A stretch of 64,000 nucleotides of DNA from an uncultured bacterium (GTDB lineage Bacteria; Verrucomicrobiota; Verrucomicrobiia; Limisphaerales; UBA8199): the NCBI GenBank assembly GCA_963749495.1, contig CAVVMW010000012.1, positions 128,001 through 192,000 of the forward strand, in the 5' to 3' direction. The translations under genes and the position numbers were made by a program. This document shows positions 40,628 to 51,054 of this stretch, one piece after another (position 1 is the first letter of the stretch; every line of letters starts with the position of its first letter). The notes under the pieces were generated by a model that was not told where the DNA came from, made no database searches, and saw only the letters and a program-made list of their open reading frames with translations.

Positions 40628-42007
40628 TCAGGCCCTGAGGTACTGCGCCGGGAATTTCCAGGGGGCGCGGTACTTGGGCACGGCAAGCCGGGCCGCCTCG
40701 GGGTCCCCGACGATCTGTTCCTTGACCGGATCGAAGCGGATGGAGCGGCCGAGCTTGAGCGAGAGGAGGCTCAACTGGACGGGCACGTCCACCTTGACAT
40801 GGTAGTTGGGATTACAGCTTGGCTGCTTGCGGGACTTGATGCAGTCCAGCCATTCGCGCTCGTGGCCGGGCGAGGGCGGGATCGACTTGGCCGGCTGGGG
40901 CAGGCCCTGCATCTTGTCGCCTTCAGGCACGATCTTGAACATGCCGTAATCGGCAAAAAGGGTCCCGTTGGCGCCGTGGAAATAGATGCCCAGGCGCCGT
41001 TGCGGCTTGGGTTCGCCGTGAAAATCGAAACCGTAACTGTTGGTGAGCGAGGACATCCAGGTGAGCGTCAGCTTCGGATATTGCCACAGGACCTCGTGAT
41101 TGTCATAGGCATCGCCGTCGTCCTTGAGGATAAGGCGGCCGCCGGAGGAGCTGGTGCTGAGGGGGAACCCGAGGTCGAGGGCCCAGATAGGCAGGTCAAT
41201 GATGTGCGGGGCCATGCCGGGGGTCCAGCCGCCGCTGTAATCCATCCAGGAGCTGTGGTTGTAGGCATCATGCACCAACAGCAGGTTGAACCGGCCCAAC
41301 GGCGCCGGGCCGCACCAGAAATCCCAGTCCAGCCCAATGTCCGACGCGGTCTGCTTTTGGGTGCTGGTGCCGACGCCCTGCGGGTGCTGGTTCATCACGT
41401 TGAAGGTGCGGACGGCGCCGATCGGGCCAAGGTTGCCGGAGCGGATGAGTTCGACAACGCGGCGGTAGTTCTCGGAGGCGTGGATCTGGGTGCCGATCTG
41501 GCAGATACGGTTGTGTTTGTTGACGGCGTTGCGCAAGGCGAGGCTCTCGGCCAGGTGCAGCGTCATCGGTTTCTGCACGTAAAGGTCCTTGCCGGCCTCG
41601 CAGGCCGCAATCGCCAGCAGGGTGTGCCAATGAGGCGGTGTGGCGATGATGACGGCGTCCAGGTTGGGCTGCTGGAGCATCTGGCGGAAGTCCTTGTAGC
41701 CCTTGCACGCCGCCGCCTTGTGCTTCTCGGTGACCGTCTCCATCCGGGCGTCCCAGACATCGCACGCGGCGGTGACGGCCACGTCAGGGTACTTCGCGCA
41801 CTCGCTGAGGTTGTAGTTGCCCATCCCGCCGCAGCCGATGATGCCGAGGTTGATGCGTTCGCTGGGCGGCGATTTGCCGGGGCCGCCGAGGGCCGAGGCG
41901 GGGATGATGTTGGGGGCAGCGGCCACCGCCGCGGCGGCGGCCGTCGTCTTGAGAAAGTCGCGGCGCGAGATCGGTGTGGATGGCTCGGGATTCATGTCCG
42001 GACTCAT
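40628..42007 (-). CDS. Gfo/Idh/MocA oxidoreductase with Tat signal
   Basis: SRRDFLK, GIIGCGGMG, IATPPHWH, KPM, LDWDFWCGPAP. Confidence 0.92.
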   Translation of the reverse strand: MSPDMNPEPSTPISRRDFLKTTAAAAAVAAAPNIIPASALGGPGKSPPSERINLGIIGCGGMGNYNLSECAKYPDVAVTAACDVWDARMETVTEKHKAAACKGYKDFRQMLQQPNLDAVIIATPPHWHTLLAIAACEAGKDLYVQKPMTLHLAESLALRNAVNKHNRICQIGTQIHASENYRRVVELIRSGNLGPIGAVRTFNVMNQHPQGVGTSTQKQTASDIGLDWDFWCGPAPLGRFNLLLVHDAYNHSSWMDYSGGWTPGMAPHIIDLPIWALDLGFPLSTSSSGGRLILKDDGDAYDNHEVLWQYPKLTLTWMSSLTNSYGFDFHGEPKPQRRLGIYFHGANGTLFADYGMFKIVPEGDKMQGLPQPAKSIPPSPGHEREWLDCIKSRKQPSCNPNYHVKVDVPVQLSLLSLKLGRSIRFDPVKEQIVGDPEAARLAVPKYRAPWKFPAQYLRA

Positions 42008-42126
42008 ACTGGTTTTGACGCCAGGGCGCAAATGTTTTTCCTTCGAGGTGGATGCAGTTTTAACTCACGACCTCTGTCAACCACTGGATGAAGGGCCGAA
42101 TTGCCATGAAAAAAGTGAAAAAAAGC

Positions 42127-42156
42127 TTGAAATGGGCGGCAGGAAGCCGATACTAT
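42127..42156 (+). promoter_or_regulatory. Sigma70 promoter facing the 3' end of the DUF3800 gene
   Basis: A-rich UP-like tract, TTGAAA-18-TACTAT; no convincing + strand CDS follows. Confidence 0.6.
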
Positions 42157-42162
42157 TTACGT

Positions 42163-42229
42163 GAGCTGGCGTGGGACCTGCCCGGTCTCAGGATGCTTCC
42201 TTCCCGGAAGTCCCCAGCTCTATTTTTTT
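42163..42229 (+). ncRNA. Candidate small structured RNA convergent with DUF3800
   Basis: GAGCTGG/CCAGCTC closing stem, GGAC/GTCC, CCGG/CCGG, then TATTTTTTT; begins 7 nt after the -10 box. Confidence 0.55.
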
Positions 42230-42969
42230 GTTCTGAGCTTGCGTGGCGCATATCTATCGTCGCCTTGCCACTGAAGGCGCAGGAGGCCGAACACACGGTG
42301 GCCATGGTGGTCAACACCTCGAGTCTGCAGGCCGTTGATCCTGCGATACCAAAGGTCGAAACGCTGATCTCCGACAGAGTACTTCCCAAGGACGTACGCA
42401 GCCATGTCGGCGAGCTGCAGGCCAGGCCAAACGTTCGAGACCCCGATGAGCGGGTTGGGGTAGAGCTTGCGATTGTCCCTGATGCCCGCAAGGTAGTTAT
42501 GGACCGCGATGGAGATGTCCTCTTGCGCGCCAAGCCGCTGGTCAAAGACTAGATGAGCGATCTGTTCATCAGGGATGCAGGAGAGGATCCGGACGCATAG
42601 TTCACGGAACGGTGTTGACAGGGCTTTTATATCTGGAGTCAGGAGGGGCGGTTCGGTGTCCCCGTAGATGCAAATGCCTATGAACCGAATACCTGTGGCC
42701 GCCGTCCACTCAATGGCTTCACGTGCTACCGAAAGGTTCTTCGAATACCCGGCCTCGTGCCGGCGGAAACTGGCATTACTGAACAGATTCGTGCCCTTCA
42801 ACTCGCTGCGGAGGTCACGGGCATTGCTTTCCCCATAATACTTCTTACGCATGCGGAAGAGAAAGCGTCCGAGTTCGTCGAAATCCTTGCGTGGACCAAC
42901 GGCTGCCGCCAACACGCCCACTTTCTCTCTCTGGCCCTGGTGCCAACTTTCATCAATAAAGCACCACAT
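42220..42969 (-). CDS. DUF3800 domain protein (RNase H-like fold)
   Basis: FIDES, ELKG, VFDQR, S...GLQLADMAAY; lower GC than flanks. Confidence 0.8.
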   Translation of the reverse strand: MWCFIDESWHQGQREKVGVLAAAVGPRKDFDELGRFLFRMRKKYYGESNARDLRSELKGTNLFSNASFRRHEAGYSKNLSVAREAIEWTAATGIRFIGICIYGDTEPPLLTPDIKALSTPFRELCVRILSCIPDEQIAHLVFDQRLGAQEDISIAVHNYLAGIRDNRKLYPNPLIGVSNVWPGLQLADMAAYVLGKYSVGDQRFDLWYRRINGLQTRGVDHHGHRVFGLLRLQWQGDDRYAPRKLRTKK

Positions 42970-43310
42970 GATCAAATCATTTCTCGGAGATTGTCGGTTG
43001 GAGGCGTCAGAGACGCTTCTTCGAGGCGTGCCGAGTTGCTTGAATGGTCTTGCGACATCGAACGGGCGTCGTTTTACACCTGAGGGCACTTTTCGGCAAT
43101 ACCAGATTCAGAAAAGCAGGGAGCGGTGCGGTAGCGCGTCCGTCCCGTAGCAACGCATGACAGCCTCGCGATGGGAAATCGAATCCTGTTCTCAAGTGTC
43201 GCTACGGGTTTCGGGCAGTCCTGGCTCAGGGGTCCGTGGGCACATTCAAGAACTGCTGCTCCGCGACTGAAGGTCTTGGCGGTTGAAACCCGGGACAGGT
43301 CGAGCGACGC

Positions 43311-44693
43311 TCACCCGTAGCCACTGCTCAACGGCGACACCTTCGAGTTGGCGGCCAGCCAGTGATCGGCGCCGGCCGTTTCGGGAGGCGGGCCGCCGGG
43401 GTGTATCCAGAGCCGGAACCGCAGGACAAGCGGCTCGTCTTTGCGGAGCGCGTAGCGGGCGCCGCTCGAGGGAAAGGTGGGCTGGAGCCAGTTCAGCTCC
43501 GGGTATTCGACCCATTCTCCCGGATAGTGCGGATTGGAGGCGTGTTGGATGACGGCCACACCCGCCGGGCTTGGCGCGCCGGCGAAGACTCCGCAGAGGT
43601 CAGCCCAGGCCATGCGCGGGCCGGTCCCCGGCGGGTCGGTGTGCCGGGTGATGCGCTGGTCCTGGACGGCATTGAAGCGGAGGTTGAGGCCGCCGTAGTG
43701 GGCGGCGCCGCGCCGGGCCAGCAGGACGGGCTCGTTCAGGGCTGTGAAATGGAACTCGAAGTCCAGCAGGCGTCCGGCGGCGCCGGCGGCATAGGCGCGG
43801 ATGATCGCGCGTTCGCGCACGATGGGTTCACGGTCTGCCCAGTGCCAGAGGTTCTCTGCGTCCAGTTGGGCGAACACCGGGCCGCCGGAAACGCCGCATT
43901 TGCCGGTGGGCCGGGCAAAGACCCCCTGGAGGGCGTGCAGATCGGCGCGCTGGCCGCGCCAATCGACCTCGGGCCACGCCCAGTAAATGCCGCGGTGATG
44001 CGGATGGTCGCGCAACCAGTCCTTGGTGAGGCATTCGCCCTGCGGACCGTAGAGCGGGTGGATGTAATCGCTGCGCGCGAGGGCGTACTTGCGATTGTCC
44101 TGGGAAACGGCCTGCAAGAAAGTGTCCCCGGGCTCGACCTTCGCGTAGTTATAGCGCAGGACGGGGCTGGCGCCCTGGAGCACCTCGAACTGGCCGCCCG
44201 GCTGCGGTTGGGCCGCCTGCATCAGGACCTTCGCAGGCTCCCTGGTTTCGACGGGCGCGAAGACCCTGCGCCCCTTTGCTCCCTGGGGCATGAGCCAACA
44301 CAGGCGGACCGTGTCGCCGGCAGCAGACTCCAAGAATTGCGCGGGCACAGACCAATCCCAAGCGGCGCTCTCGCCGGTTTGCTCCCGCAATTCGAGCCTC
44401 CCTTCCGCTGCGGCGCGGCGAAGGCCCGCTCCAAGGGAAGCAGTCGCGAGCACCGGCGCCCGCGCGCGCGCCAGGGCGCCATCAGGGTCGTCCACGACGA
44501 GCTTGGCCGGCAGGTCCCCCTCCGGCGCGGCCTGGGCCCAGAGGGCGCCCAGCGCCGCACAGCCAACGGCGCCGCGCGCCGCGCAGAGGACAAAGTCACG
44601 GCGGGAGACTCGAGCAGAAGAAAGAGACGTCACATGCACCGGCACACAGTTACATCGCTGAGCGGCTCGATGGCAATGCGCAAAGGAACGCAT
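43311..44693 (-). CDS. DUF6807/PmoA-like family exported protein with Tat signal; start uncertain
   Basis: SRRDFV; YIHPLYGP.G, DHPHHRGIYWAW, YGGL..RF. Confidence 0.75.
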   Translation of the reverse strand: MRSFAHCHRAAQRCNCVPVHVTSLSSARVSRRDFVLCAARGAVGCAALGALWAQAAPEGDLPAKLVVDDPDGALARARAPVLATASLGAGLRRAAAEGRLELREQTGESAAWDWSVPAQFLESAAGDTVRLCWLMPQGAKGRRVFAPVETREPAKVLMQAAQPQPGGQFEVLQGASPVLRYNYAKVEPGDTFLQAVSQDNRKYALARSDYIHPLYGPQGECLTKDWLRDHPHHRGIYWAWPEVDWRGQRADLHALQGVFARPTGKCGVSGGPVFAQLDAENLWHWADREPIVRERAIIRAYAAGAAGRLLDFEFHFTALNEPVLLARRGAAHYGGLNLRFNAVQDQRITRHTDPPGTGPRMAWADLCGVFAGAPSPAGVAVIQHASNPHYPGEWVEYPELNWLQPTFPSSGARYALRKDEPLVLRFRLWIHPGGPPPETAGADHWLAANSKVSPLSSGYG

Positions 44694-44708
44694 CCCGACA
44701 CCGCCCCC

Positions 44709-44825
44709 GTAGCGCAGACTTCCAAGTCTGCTGTATCGCGGGTTTCCTAACCCGCAGGCGTCGCGATTTCCGGCGCCCTGCCGACTGGAAGTCGGCGATA
44801 CAGCAGGTTTGGGAACCTGCGCTAC
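44709..44825. repeat. GTAG-type REP-like inverted pair
   Basis: GTAGCGCAGACTTCCAAGTCTGCTGTATCGC ... GCGATACAGCAGGTTTGGGAACCTGCGCTAC. Confidence 0.85.
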
Positions 44826-44935
44826 GAACTGGTGTGCCCCGCCAAATGGGGGCAGTGCCCGGATGCGCCCTGCCCAAAGTATAGTCTGCTTTCCTGCTTA
44901 CAACCCAGGGGGCTTCCTGGTAGGTTTCCTCCACT

Positions 44936-45358
44936 ATGGCAGTACAAATTGACATTCTCTACCAGGGCGCCTTGCGGTGCGAGGCCACACACGGGCCGTC
45001 GAAAGAGACGCTGTCCACCGATGCGCCGGTGGATAACGGGGGCAAAGGGGCGGCTTTCTCACCGACCGACCTCGTTGCGACGGCCTTGGGGACGTGCATG
45101 GCGACGATCATGGGAATCGTGGCCCGGCGCAACCAGTTGGACATCGAGGGTTTGAAGGTCCAGGTCCTCAAGGAGATGGTCGCGGAACCGGCCCGCCGCA
45201 TCGGCGCCCTCAACACCCGCCTGGTGTTCCCGCGCGGCAAACGCTACTCCCCGGCCGAGCGCGCCAAACTCGAGGCCGCCGCAAAGACCTGTCCCGTCAA
45301 ACAGAGCCTCCATCCCGAGGTAAAGGTCGCCCTCGAGTTCGTTTATCCCGAAGGCTGA
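44936..45358 (+). CDS. OsmC family protein
   Basis: TDAPVDNGG.G..FSPTDL.ATALGTC, CPVKQSL. Confidence 0.92.
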   Translation: MAVQIDILYQGALRCEATHGPSKETLSTDAPVDNGGKGAAFSPTDLVATALGTCMATIMGIVARRNQLDIEGLKVQVLKEMVAEPARRIGALNTRLVFPRGKRYSPAERAKLEAAAKTCPVKQSLHPEVKVALEFVYPEG

Positions 45359-45396
45359 GCCTGCCTTTCCAGGAACTGGCCCCCGGAGCCCGCAAG

Positions 45397-45482
45397 GTTT
45401 TGGACTGCGCCAGTCCTCTGGCGCTTTTTGGACCCAGACCCAGGCGACACGAAAGCGGCAGAGGACTGCCGCAGTCCAAAAC
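45397..45482. repeat. REP-like inverted pair
   Basis: GTTTTGGACTGCGCCAGTCCTCTGGCGCTTT ... AAAGCGGCAGAGGACTGCCGCAGTCCAAAAC. Confidence 0.85.
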
Positions 45483-45570
45483 GCTTCGCGTTCGGCGGCG
45501 CCTGTCCGGTTCATGGTCCCCAAGCAGGATGTCAAAATTGTTGAGCTTTTCCGGCAATGGCCGCGAAGCA

Positions 45571-45790
45571 TCACTTTTCCTCGCCGGTCATGAGATTGTC
45601 GAAGGCCACCGTGGCGGCGTTGGGTTGCAGCCGGAAGACGCGGCGCACCAGGCCGTTCTCCAAAGAGATCTCGTGTCGGGCGGCGTTGGTGACAATTCTG
45701 GCGGCAAACGGCGCCGGCTGGATCAGCCAGTCGGGTTTGGGCAGGGCGCCCGCGCCCGCGCCGTGGACGAACAAGGCGATGAAAAGGAGC
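45571..45790 (-). pseudogene. N-terminal fragment of a secreted alpha-galactosidase-like glycosidase
   Basis: DWLIQP..F.AR...LENGLVRRVFRLQPNAATVAFDNLMTGE, then a stop and a REP element. Confidence 0.5.
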
Positions 45791-45922
45791 CGCAGACTGG
45801 AGGGGTGTAGGAGAAAAATCTTCACAAAATGGATTTTGCTCGGCTTTCGTCGCAAAAAGTGTCTAGGAGTCCAGATGCGAACTGGCATGGACCCGATCGA
45901 TGCCGCTGCATCAGGCCGCCTC

Positions 45923-46012
45923 TTCGTTTCCTTCGTTTCCTTCTGTTCTGTTCCGGTGCCCAGCCGGCAGGACGTAGGAAAAGAACAGAAGGAAACGAAG
46001 GAAACGAAGGAC
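45923..46012. repeat. Inverted 9-mer array (TTCGTTTCC)n/(GGAAACGAA)n
   Basis: Read directly. Confidence 0.85.
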
Positions 46013-46362
46013 TGAAGGCCCAGATCAGCTCCAAGGTCTGCGATCCGGAGGTCCAAGAAGAATTCTGTCGCACACCCGGACCGGAGAGCGTGATGCCGAT
46101 CAACGACAACACGGCATCCGCGCGGCTGAGAATTCGTTTCGAGGCCATATTGGGTCCTTTCCTGAAGGATTTCAACTGGCCCGATCCTGGGTCCGAGGTC
46201 TGGCGGAGTCAAGCCCGGGAGCGAATGTGTCGCGGAGGCTTACCCGGGCCTCCGCTTCGCTCCAGGCCGGGCTCTCACATGGCGGGCCTTCGGCCCTGGG
46301 ACCTACGCGGTCGCCACAATCAAAACAGTTGCCAACTCGCGCGGATCGTGTTTTCTAGCGCC

Positions 46363-47529
46363 ATGAAACTAATTGACCGCCTTGGATTTGCCGGCATTCT
46401 AATAGCGTGCGGGCTCGGTTGCGCTTCGGCCATGGCTGCTGCACCCTCTGAGGACAATTCGATGGTTGTTTATATCGGCACCTACACCGGCGCCCGGAGC
46501 CAGGGCATTTACCTGGCGCGCTTCGATCCCGCCAGCGGCCGGCTCAGCGCGCCCAAGCTGGCGGCCAAGGCCTCCAACCCGAGCTTCCTGGCCATCCATC
46601 CCAACCGCCGGTTCCTCTATGCCGTGTCTGAAACGGGCAATTTCGGCGGCAAACCCGGCGGCGCTGTCGGCGCTTACAGTATCGAGGCGGAGACCGGCCG
46701 GCTGACTTTGCTGAACCAGCAGTCTTCCGGCGGCGCCGGGCCGTGCCATCTCGCGCTGGACCGGACCGGGAAATGGCTGCTGACGGCCAATTACGGCAGC
46801 GGCAGCGTCGCCCTCCTGCCGGTGCAAGCGGACGGCGCCCTTGGCGAACCCGCGGCCACGATCCAGCATCAAGGTTCGAGCATCAATCTCCAGCGGCAGG
46901 AAGGGCCCCATGCCCACTTCATTACGGTGGACCCTGCCGACCACTTCGTCCTGGCTTGTGACCTGGGCCTGGATAAAGTGCTCGTGTACCGGCTCGCCCC
47001 GCTCAAGGGCGCGCTCGTCCTGAATGACCCGCCGTCGGCGGCGCTCAAGGCCAGCGCCGGCCCGCGCCATCTCGCCTTTCATCCCAATGGCCGGCTGGTC
47101 TTCGTCATCAGCGAAATGGGGTCCAGCCTGACGTCCTTTGCCTACGATGCCGCCGGCGGCACGCTCAAAGAAGTGGAAACGGTCTCGACGCTCCCGGCCT
47201 CATTCTCGGGGAACAGCTCCGGCGCCGAGGTCCAGGTCCATCCCAACGGGAAATTCGTCTATGGCTCCAACCGCGGGCATGACAGCATCGTTGCCTTCGC
47301 CGTCGACCCCGCCAGCGGCAGGCTCTCCCTGGTCGGGCACCAATTCACACAGGGCAGAACGCCGCGCCATTTCGCCCTCGACCCCACCGGCCACTGGCTC
47401 CTGGCGGAGAACCAGGATTCCGACAGCATCGTCGTGTTCCAGGTGGACGCCGAAACCGGACGGCTGAGCCCTGCCAGGCAGCAGGTCCGAGTTGGCAGCC
47501 CGGTCTGCATCCAGTTCCTCGCCCGATAG
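46363..47529 (+). CDS. pgl: 6-phosphogluconolactonase (Pgl/YbhE beta-propeller lactonase)
   Basis: YIGTYT, NPSFL, ANYGSG, RQEGPHAH, DLGLD, GPRH, SNRGHDSI, PRHF. Confidence 0.9.
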   Translation: MKLIDRLGFAGILIACGLGCASAMAAAPSEDNSMVVYIGTYTGARSQGIYLARFDPASGRLSAPKLAAKASNPSFLAIHPNRRFLYAVSETGNFGGKPGGAVGAYSIEAETGRLTLLNQQSSGGAGPCHLALDRTGKWLLTANYGSGSVALLPVQADGALGEPAATIQHQGSSINLQRQEGPHAHFITVDPADHFVLACDLGLDKVLVYRLAPLKGALVLNDPPSAALKASAGPRHLAFHPNGRLVFVISEMGSSLTSFAYDAAGGTLKEVETVSTLPASFSGNSSGAEVQVHPNGKFVYGSNRGHDSIVAFAVDPASGRLSLVGHQFTQGRTPRHFALDPTGHWLLAENQDSDSIVVFQVDAETGRLSPARQQVRVGSPVCIQFLAR

Positions 47530-47566
47530 AGGGGGGGCCGGTCCCAAAAGCTTGAGCTTCGGTGAA

Positions 47567-47788
47567 ATGAAAACTCCATCCGACAAGCCGGAAGCGAAGA
47601 CCGCTTCTGCTCTCACTCCGGCCGAACAATCATTGGTGGCCGATCTGGTCGCAGACGGCCTGAGCATTCAGGAGAAGTTCCGTCCCGAGCCACTATACAA
47701 GCAGACAGGCAAGGGCCACTACGAAAGCAGGACTGTCGAGGAAATTCGCAAAGCAAAACAACAACAGCGCTTGAGCACCACAAAGTGA
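47567..47788 (+). CDS. Small hypothetical protein
   Basis: 73-aa ORF of lower GC; stop overlaps a following GTG. Confidence 0.5.
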   Translation: MKTPSDKPEAKTASALTPAEQSLVADLVADGLSIQEKFRPEPLYKQTGKGHYESRTVEEIRKAKQQQRLSTTK

Positions 47789-47849
47789 AACGAGCCTGGC
47801 TGCAACCTTTCACGTGGGCAGTCATCGTCGAGACCAACCGGCAGCCAGT

Positions 47850-50800
47850 TCATTGCCCGGCCTTTTGGAGGGCGGCTTTGGCTTGCTGGCGGGCGTCCTC
47901 GATGCGGGGGTCGTTGGAAGCGGGTTCGGCGGCGGCGAGTCTCCAGGCGGCGCGGGCCTGGTCAGCGCGGCCCAGGGCGGCGAGGGCGTTGCCGCGCTGG
48001 AATTGGATGTGGGCCTGGCGGGCGTTTTCGAGCTTGCCGGTAGCGAGGTTGGCCGGGTATTCGAGGGCGCGGTCGAACTCGGCCAGGGCCTGGTCGGCGC
48101 GGCCGGCTTTGAGGTGGGCCTGGCCGAGGGCCAGGTGGGCCTGCTCGAAGAGGTCGTGGACCTCGTGCCCCCCTTCCCAGACGGTCACGCGCACGCGCTC
48201 GAGCATCTGCGCCGTCTCCGTGAAATCGCCCAGCCGGTTCTGTGCCCGGCCCAGGAGCGTGACGAAATCGGAGCGGCCTTTGCCCGATTCGAATGAAGCC
48301 CTGAGCCGATCGCGGGCCTGGACCAGCAGGTCGTGGTTCTCTGAATCCGACCCGGCCTTTTCGGCAAGGTCAAAAAGGACGTTGGCCAGGTCGCGGGCAA
48401 CGATGGCATCTTTGGGGTCGGCTTGGCCGGCCTTTTCGAGCCATTGGCGCGCGGTCTGGAGGTTGCCGTCGAGGGTCTTGGCGGCCATGCCCAGCGCGCG
48501 CCAGGCGATGACCGGCTCGGCGCCCAGTTCGGCGGCGCGTTTCCACTGTTGGCGCGCCTCGGCGTGGCGGCCAAGATGGAACAGGAGATGGCCCAGGCAA
48601 AGGGCAGCCCTGCCGTCCTGGGGGTCGGTCTGTACTGCCCAGCGCAGGACAGGCTCCAGCTCGGGCTGATACGGAAATACGAGGTCGAACGGCAAGGTCC
48701 GCGCCTGGCTCAGGTACTGGCGAGTGGCCGGGAGAAGCGTGGAGTCGGGGGCTGCGGCTTGGGCGCGCCCGTGGAGTTCTTTGAGGCAGGCGCGCCAGTA
48801 AAGCTCGAGTGGGTTGGGCCCAGGCTTTTCGGAGAGGGCCGCCAATGCGTCAGGGGAGATGCCGAACATTGCGTCTGCGCCGGTGTCGCCCAGTTCGTCG
48901 GTACTGGGCCAGGACGTTGAGGATGTCCTGGGTGCCAGCCTCTCCGGTGCAGTACATTAGAGGGCCCCGTTCGGGCATCGGCTCCACGCCGGTGCGGAAG
49001 CGGATATTGAGCGCCAGCGGGTCCAGCGGGTCCAGTTGGAGGTTTTCCTGGGCCAGGTCGGCGGCGCGTCGGACGGCGGACTGGTCTGACTTCGTGAGCG
49101 TGGAGTCCTGGTTGGCAGAGAGACTGTTGAGCAGGGCCAGGGCCAGGCGGTTGCGGCAGGTCGGGTCTTCGCGCCATGACCCAGTTGAGGAGAGGGCTGC
49201 GATGGCGCCCGGGTAATCGTGCCGGCGCAGCTCGAGTTTGGCGACCAGGGCGCGGGCGGCCACGGCCACGGCGGGGTCGCGGGCGGCCAGCCAGGCATCG
49301 TCGAGTGCGGCCGATTCGTGTCCGAGGCGGTACTCGGCGGCGGCCAGAGCGTAGCGCGCCCTGCCATGGTCGGGGGCGGCGGCCAGGGCGGACCTGGCGG
49401 CGGCGGCGGCGGCGGCGGGGTCGCGGTAGAGGTTCAGATGGGCCAGCCCGGTATAGGCCTCCGGGTTGGCCGCGTCCAGTTCGATGGCCTTTTTGAACCG
49501 GCCCTCGGCTTCCGAGTACCGCGCGAAAAGGAAATCCTGCCAGCCGGCCTGGACCAGTTCGGACGGGCTCTGCGGGGGCTTGGTGTTCTTCTGCGGCGGC
49601 TGGCGAGCCGGCAGATCCAGCGGCAGGCGGAACGAGGCAAGCTGCTGCCCGGCGGCGGAGATGTCGATTTGGAAGGGCTCGCTTTCGTCGGCGGCGGCCA
49701 GCCGCAGTTGGGCGGGCTGGAGCGGGGAGATCTTGCACGAGGCGAGTTGGAGTTGGCGGCCGTTTTTCGAGAGCGTGACGGCGGCCTTGGGCCAGCCAGC
49801 CGTGCCCAGGAGGCGGAGGCGGACTTGCCCGGACTCGACCGAGGCATTCACGGCAAGGTTCTTGTTGGCGAAAGTGAAGCCGCCAATCCCATGGATGGGG
49901 TACCACCATTCGTTCCACTCGACGGCCTGGCAGGGGTCCAGCCGGCCGACCTGGGCCTGAGTCAGGAGCGGCCCGGTCTGGACTTCGTTGTAGGGGCCGT
50001 CGGTGTCGGTGAGGTCCGCCTGCTGCGTTTGCCCGTAGCCGCCCTGGCCCCAGGTCCAGGCCTTCTTGCCCGGGACCTGGTAGTGGTTGGCCGTGGAGAC
50101 CACCCCGCGGCCCAGGTCATCGCAATACGAGCCGAAGAAATCCTGGTCGCAATGCCACGCGAAGATCGAGGAGGCATCGAAATAATTCGCGCCGAGGGTC
50201 AGGTCCTTGCCGTGATCGATGGGCCACCGGAAAAAAGTCTCGCCGGCATGGTCGCAGCCGAGGCTCATGGGATAAATAAAGCGGAACCCGGGGGTATTGG
50301 GCATGGCGGTGCAGTTCCAGAAATAGTAGGGGCGGACGGTGTCGGTCGGGTTGTAGATGCGGATGCGTTCCTCCAGAAAGGCCCGGTCCGGGCGCAAGGT
50401 CACCAGGACCGTCCACTTGGTCCCGTAGATCCGTTCGGTCTCACCGACGGCCACGGCGCGGGACCCGTCCTTTTCAGGGGGCAGGATCTCGACGCGGATC
50501 GGCACCATGCAACTGACGGTGTGGCCCTGCGGCCCGGTGTTCCACTCGACACCGCCGCTGGTCCAGGCGCCGCACTGGGCGATGAGGCCGGGCTTGACGA
50601 CGTGGTTGACGTAGAACATGGGCTGGCCGGTGGTTTTGTCGAGCACATCGAAAATCTTGCCGCCCAGCTCGGGCAGGAAGGTCACGCGCAGAAACTCGTT
50701 CTCCAGCACGACTGTCCGGTAGGTCCGGCGCGTCTGCTCGCGGCTCAGGAAATCGAGCATCGGGTAGGGGTAGATATTGACCTTGTCGGTCCCGCGAAAA

Positions 50801-51054
50801 TAGGGGTGCCGGACCGCTGCCCACGGGTAGGTGGGCAAATCGATCTGGCCGGTGCGGGCAGTGACAAGGCCGGCAGCCGACCAGGTGACGTTTGCGGCGA
50901 ACAGGACTGCCAGTGCCAGACCTGGCTTGATGAGGAGCTTGACGAAACCGCCTTTTGAGAGCGCGCGGAAGGTCGAGGGTCGGGTGTCGACTGTCGAGGG
51001 GCCGATGGGGAGGGTCCGATCTGCGTAACCGGGTGAAGTCGCATGTGAATTCAT
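47850..51054 (-). CDS. DUF5107 domain plus TPR-repeat protein; frameshift near 48870; start uncertain
   Basis: YPYP, LENEFLRV..LPELGGKI, GGVEWN, PGKKAWTWG, EVQTG; TPR C-terminus with YPANL. Confidence 0.82.

Noticed and set aside
42088..42552. 154-aa + strand ORF over the DUF3800 3' end
   Set aside because: Its start lies upstream of the predicted promoter and it is mostly antisense to DUF3800; no motifs.
43110..43270. Possible long hairpin (CCCGTAGCAAC...GTCGCTACGGG) upstream of DUF3800
   Set aside because: Single imperfect stem with no second copy or promoter context.
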